DNA of 48,022 nt from a virus (Duplodnaviria; Caudoviricetes). A model generated the notes under the pieces. It had not been told where the DNA came from. It did not search any database and saw only the letters and a list, made by a program, of their open reading frames with translations. The first letter of the stretch is position 1. Every line of letters starts with the position of its first letter. A program made the translations under genes and the position numbers. Positions 44,520 to 48,022 of the stretch are shown here, piece after piece. The stretch covers positions 1-48,022 of the IMG/VR virus record IMGVR_UViG_3300022917_000015; one strand, written 5' to 3'.

Positions 44520-44803
44520 CCTGCCCGAGTTGCGCGCGCCGCACGAAAGACGACCTCGGACCGTGCCCCGGCTGCGGCTCGATCGGCGTGCCGTTCCTCG
44601 ACGGCTATTTCAACGCGCCGCCTCCGATGGATCTCGATGGGGTCGCGGAGCCGCAGGACGGCGACTCGCACGACGGCTACACATTCGCCACCGGCGGCAA
44701 GGTGGAGATCGTGTCGCACGATCCGGCGGCGACTGCCCGTTGGCTCCGCGAGATCGAAATCGAGAGCGACCGCGAGTTTCTGCTCGCTCCATTTACTGAC
44801 TGA
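44516..44803 (+). CDS. Hypothetical protein with N-terminal CxxC..CxxC
   Basis: GGGGAG RBS; TTG start. Confidence 0.55.
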   Translation: MTCPSCARRTKDDLGPCPGCGSIGVPFLDGYFNAPPPMDLDGVAEPQDGDSHDGYTFATGGKVEIVSHDPAATARWLREIEIESDREFLLAPFTD

Positions 44804-44819
44804 AAAGGAGCAAGTGCCA

Positions 44820-45170
44820 ATGGGAACGAGAGAAGTGAGCGAGAGCGAGATCAGGGGCGCGCAGATCGACGGGATCGTCGCGCGCATGGGCGGCGCCGAA
44901 CATCTATCCGTGCGCGAGCTCGGCGACGGGCGCGCGGTGTACCTGCGCGAGCTGCTATTCGACGGGCTCCAGGTCGGGATCGGGCGCCTCGGCGAGGAGT
45001 CGTGCGACGAGGTGTGGGACTATCAGGCCGAGCAAACCGACGCCGCGTGGCGCGCCGCGATCGGATGGGACGGCGCCGGCGAGCCCGAGGGATGGTATCG
45101 GCACCTGAGAACGGGGCGTCGGCGCCCGTGGGGCGATGCTGCGCAACAATACGTCGAGACGTGCTCATGA
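44820..45170 (+). CDS. Hypothetical protein, paralog of 33810..34130
   Basis: AAGGAG RBS; DAAWRAAIGWDGAGEPEGW. Confidence 0.7.
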   Translation: MGTREVSESEIRGAQIDGIVARMGGAEHLSVRELGDGRAVYLRELLFDGLQVGIGRLGEESCDEVWDYQAEQTDAAWRAAIGWDGAGEPEGWYRHLRTGRRRPWGDAAQQYVETCS

Positions 45171-45559
45171 GCGGCGGCCCACCCCCCGAGGACAAGCTAC
45201 GCGCCGACATTTGCATGGTCCTCCGCGACCTCGAGGCAGGCGCCACTACCGCCGAGGCGGCTGAGCTCAACCGCGTGCCAGTGGAGAAAGTCCGCGAGTG
45301 GGCGGCGTTCTACAAGCTCGAGAGCCTTCAGGGGTCCGCGTTGACCGTCCGCGACGGCCAGCAGGCGCGCGAGCAAGCGTTGGATAAGTTGGCAAGAGCG
45401 CATCCCGTGCAGTTTGCCGAGCTGCTCGACAAAGAGCGGGCATGGTTCGAGGAGTACCGCTCTACGCCGGAGGGTCGCGAGAGCGCTGTCGCCGAGTGGC
45501 GCAACACACCGCAGTGGAAGGAGATCCTTAGGAAGCGTAAGAAAGGCGAGGGCTCTTGA
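45167..45559 (+). CDS. HTH-containing hypothetical protein
   Basis: GATTAEAAELNRVPVEKVREW; ATGA overlap. Confidence 0.6.
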   Translation: MSGGPPPEDKLRADICMVLRDLEAGATTAEAAELNRVPVEKVREWAAFYKLESLQGSALTVRDGQQAREQALDKLARAHPVQFAELLDKERAWFEEYRSTPEGRESAVAEWRNTPQWKEILRKRKKGEGS

Positions 45560-45580
45560 AGCGCCGAGCGGGCGGGCGGG

Positions 45581-45796
45581 TCATCTCGGCAACGCGTCCT
45601 GAATCGCGCGAACGGCCTGATCAACGACGGGCGCGGGAACGCCGTGCGAGGCGAGCAGGTATTGCAACGCCGTCCCGACCACGATGCCTAGGGTGGTCCA
45701 GACGGTTGCGCCCCTCACGCGCCGTAGCCGGCTGCGTCGCCGAGCTCGTCGAGCTCCAGGCGTTCGCGGAGGCGTGCCGGGTACGTCGTCCGTCAT
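45581..45796 (-). CDS. Small basic single-TM protein
   Basis: Arg-rich N-terminus, TM segment; extended -10 (TGtCACGAT) 7 nt upstream. Confidence 0.5.
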   Translation of the reverse strand: MTDDVPGTPPRTPGARRARRRSRLRRVRGATVWTTLGIVVGTALQYLLASHGVPAPVVDQAVRAIQDALPR

Positions 45797-45972
45797 GGCT
45801 CGAATCGTGACAGCGCGGCCCTGTACGCGCGAGCCGTAGTCGCCCTCGGGGTGACGCCCCGTCCGGCGCCTACACGCGCCCCTGAATGCACACTCGGGAG
45901 GCTTTGTCGGTCGGCAAGTGGTCGGAGCGCGAAAAATCGATCGCCGAAACGAGGCGGGCTATGCTCGGACGC

Positions 45973-46467
45973 GTGGCGGCGCGCGAGCTCGTTCGAGATC
46001 CAGATCTGGAGTGGCTCCTATGCGAGGCGCCCGCGCTACTCGGGCAGCGCTCGGGGCATGGCGCGGTCGTAGCGGCGCTGGAGCGCGGCCCGGGGGGCGC
46101 CCAAAGCACCGATAGCGCCTGGGCGACCGTCGAGCGCGCGCGGCCTCATGAGCGGCGCCTGCGGCGCCTGCGCGCGGCCTGGGCGCTCCTCGCTCCAGAC
46201 GAGCGCCGGCTACTCGAGGTGCACTACGACGGGCCCGCCTGCCGCGCGGTGGGCGTCTCGGCGCAGCTCGGCGAGCTCGCCCGCGCGTCCCTCGCCCTTT
46301 GCAGCGACCGGAGGGCGCTCGAGCAGGCCTGCGCGCACCCCGCCGGCTCGGGCAGCGGCCGGCGCATCGCGGAGGCCCGGCGCCTCGCGACGAGGGCGCT
46401 CTCGAACGCGCATCGCGCATGGATCGGCGCGCGCCGCGCCGAGGTGTTAACCTCGGTGAGTGGTTAA
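45973..46467 (+). CDS. Hypothetical protein, possible late-gene regulator (start uncertain)
   Basis: AWALLAPDERRLLEVHY resembles Q/sigma-4-like helices; lies before the late module. Confidence 0.45.
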   Translation: MAARELVRDPDLEWLLCEAPALLGQRSGHGAVVAALERGPGGAQSTDSAWATVERARPHERRLRRLRAAWALLAPDERRLLEVHYDGPACRAVGVSAQLGELARASLALCSDRRALEQACAHPAGSGSGRRIAEARRLATRALSNAHRAWIGARRAEVLTSVSG

Positions 46468-46981
46468 CACGGACGGCAAGGGCGTCGCCCAAATGGCGGC
46501 GGCGGTGATCGCCCAGGCAACGGCCGAACCCATCGGACCGCCCAGCGTCGCCGATCGGGCATGGGCGCTGGTGTGCGAACAGCTGGACGCGGTCGCCGCC
46601 GGCGCCGATCCCGCACTGCTCCAGCATGCCCTGTTGCATGCCCTGCGCGCGGTCGCCGAGCACTCCTACCGCGCGGGGCTAGCGGCTCGGCCCTCGCCCT
46701 CGACGCCGCCTCGCGAGCCCCCGCCCGAGCCAAAGCGAGCGGTGGTGTCCGTGCTGCTCTATCCGCGCCAGGCGCCCGAGGGGCTCGCAAACGACGCGAT
46801 CGACGTCGAGCTCGAGGACACGCGCGCCGCTCGCGGGATCCGCATCCAATACGATTTCGACCGCGACGGGTTCGTGATCAGCGCGCAGCCAGATCCGGGC
46901 GAGAGCGGCCCGGCGGCAGGCGAGCACGATCCGCGCTATCGCGAGCTCGCGTTCGTGCCCGCATGGCACCACGACGGTTGA
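46460..46981 (+). CDS. Hypothetical protein
   Basis: Overlaps the upstream stop; IDVELEDTRAARGIRIQYDFDRDG. Confidence 0.55.
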   Translation: MVNTDGKGVAQMAAAVIAQATAEPIGPPSVADRAWALVCEQLDAVAAGADPALLQHALLHALRAVAEHSYRAGLAARPSPSTPPREPPPEPKRAVVSVLLYPRQAPEGLANDAIDVELEDTRAARGIRIQYDFDRDGFVISAQPDPGESGPAAGEHDPRYRELAFVPAWHHDG

Positions 46982-47000
46982 CCCCTGGGCGCCCTCGCGA

Positions 47001-47333
47001 GTGCGAACCGAATGGGTGTCCGTCGCCGTCGCGGCCGCGCTGATGGGACTATGTAAGCGCCAGGCGTTGCGCCGGCTGCGCCGGCTCGATGCCGAGCAGG
47101 GCGGGCGCTTGCTGCGGTCGATCGGCGACAAGCGCATGCCCGGAGGGCTCCAGGCATCCAAGTTCCTCGTTAACACCGCGGCGCTCCGGGACGCGCTCCA
47201 GCCGTCGGCGACGGACCTGCAACGCGACTTTGAACGGCTACGCCTGGAGCAGGTGTTAACCGCACAAAAGCTCGACGCCCTTTGCAGGCGCCTGCGGCCC
47301 GCGCTGCGGCGGCAGGCGCCGAACGGGACGTAA
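47001..47333 (+). CDS. HTH DNA-binding protein with C-terminal coiled coil
   Basis: WVSVAVAAALMGLCKRQALRRL. Confidence 0.6.
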   Translation: MRTEWVSVAVAAALMGLCKRQALRRLRRLDAEQGGRLLRSIGDKRMPGGLQASKFLVNTAALRDALQPSATDLQRDFERLRLEQVLTAQKLDALCRRLRPALRRQAPNGT

Positions 47334-47476
47334 CGGGACATCGATCGCCGATCCTCTAAAGGGGCGCGCGCCGAGCCCGGCCGACGGCAAGGTGATCGCT
47401 AGGTGATCATGTGATACCCCTGGGATCACGTTCCCGAGCACCTACGGCACACCGCGCGCCCCTCGCCCCCCGATCC

Positions 47477-48022
47477 ATGCTGGCCCCCCACATCGAGCTA
47501 CGCGGCCTCGACGAGCTCCAGCGCGAGCTCGAGCACCTCGCGAAACGGGCCGTGCCCTACGCGGCGCGCGAGACGCTCAACGGCCTCGCGTTCGCGGGCC
47601 GGAAGATCTGGCAAGGCGAAATGGCGGCGAGCTTGACCCTCCGGAACGCCTGGACGCAGCGGCGCGCCCTCGTCGAGCGCGCGACCGGCTCGCGCATGTC
47701 GGATATGCAAGCGAGCCTCGGGCACACCGAGGACTACATGCGCCGGCTCGAATTCGGCATCGGCGAGCGGGCACGCCGCGGAGGCGTTCCCATTCCGACG
47801 GAAACCGCAGCGGGGCAGGCCAAAGGCTCGCTGCCGAGCGGGCGAAAGCGGGCCGTCCGCAAGTCGCTGATCCTGCGCGCGATCGGCAAGGTCAAGCGTC
47901 AACCCAAGTCGCTCTCGCGCAAGGCACGCAACGCGCGCGCGGTGAGCGAGGCCATACGTAGTGGTACGCGCATTGCCTACCTGGAGATGGCACGTAAGCG
48001 AGGCATCTACAAAATCATGGGG
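47477..48022 (+). CDS. 5' part of putative virion morphogenesis/neck protein (continues to 298); absent from the ORF track
   Basis: MLAPHIELRGLDELQRELEHLAKRAVPYAARETLNGLAF..., resembling gpZ/HK97-gp10-like N-termini; no stop before the window end. Confidence 0.7.
   Translation, partial: MLAPHIELRGLDELQRELEHLAKRAVPYAARETLNGLAFAGRKIWQGEMAASLTLRNAWTQRRALVERATGSRMSDMQASLGHTEDYMRRLEFGIGERARRGGVPIPTETAAGQAKGSLPSGRKRAVRKSLILRAIGKVKRQPKSLSRKARNARAVSEAIRSGTRIAYLEMARKRGIYKIMG
47896..48022 (+). repeat. Terminal direct repeat copy 2
   Basis: Identical to 1-127. Confidence 0.95.

Larger units (their letters stand above)
1..48022. mobile_element. Complete circular temperate bacteriophage genome (lambda-like head, Mu-like contractile tail, tyrosine integrase with attP)
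   Basis: Full head-tail-lysis module, early operon, integrase with un-recombined attP, 127-bp terminal overlap, no host housekeeping genes. Confidence 0.95.

Noticed and set aside
47357-47387. Sigma28-type promoter (TAAA...GCCGAC)
   Set aside because: Spacer is 19 nt rather than ~15 and the -10 match is partial

Overview
The window is an apparently complete, circularly assembled, GC-rich temperate myovirus genome of about 47.9 kb. Bases 1-127 are repeated at 47896-48022, and one ORF reads across the join. The + strand (47477 -> 26718 via the join) carries a lambda-like head module: cos region with a lambda cosQ-identical motif, TerS, gpA-type TerL, gpW, portal, S49 protease, decoration protein and gpE-type capsid. 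A Mu-like contractile tail follows (sheath, tube, chaperone with a -1 frameshift, tape measure, gp43-48-like baseplate, fibres), then a GH108 endolysin and a few accessory genes. The - strand (43441 -> 26702) is a nearly gapless chain of about 35 mostly stop/start-overlapping early genes, including a replication-initiator-like gene, a LexA-type HTH, a FliA-like sigma factor and a J-domain protein. The most striking feature is a ~793-aa tyrosine integrase in the middle of this chain. Its coding sequence contains attP (3' half of tRNA-Leu-UAG with arm-type repeats), so integration should both rewrite the integrase C-terminus (as in Myxococcus phage Mx8) and cut ~11 kb of replication/regulatory genes off from their upstream promoter. 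No CI-type repressor is evident. Other notable items are a multi-HTH sigma factor between TerS and TerL, a C10 tract and nested hairpins in the first early gene, a BrnT-HTH toxin-antitoxin pair, several apparently leaderless promoters, and pairs of diverged paralogs. A myxobacterial host is inferred, not shown. All product calls come from motif recognition and synteny; no database search was run.
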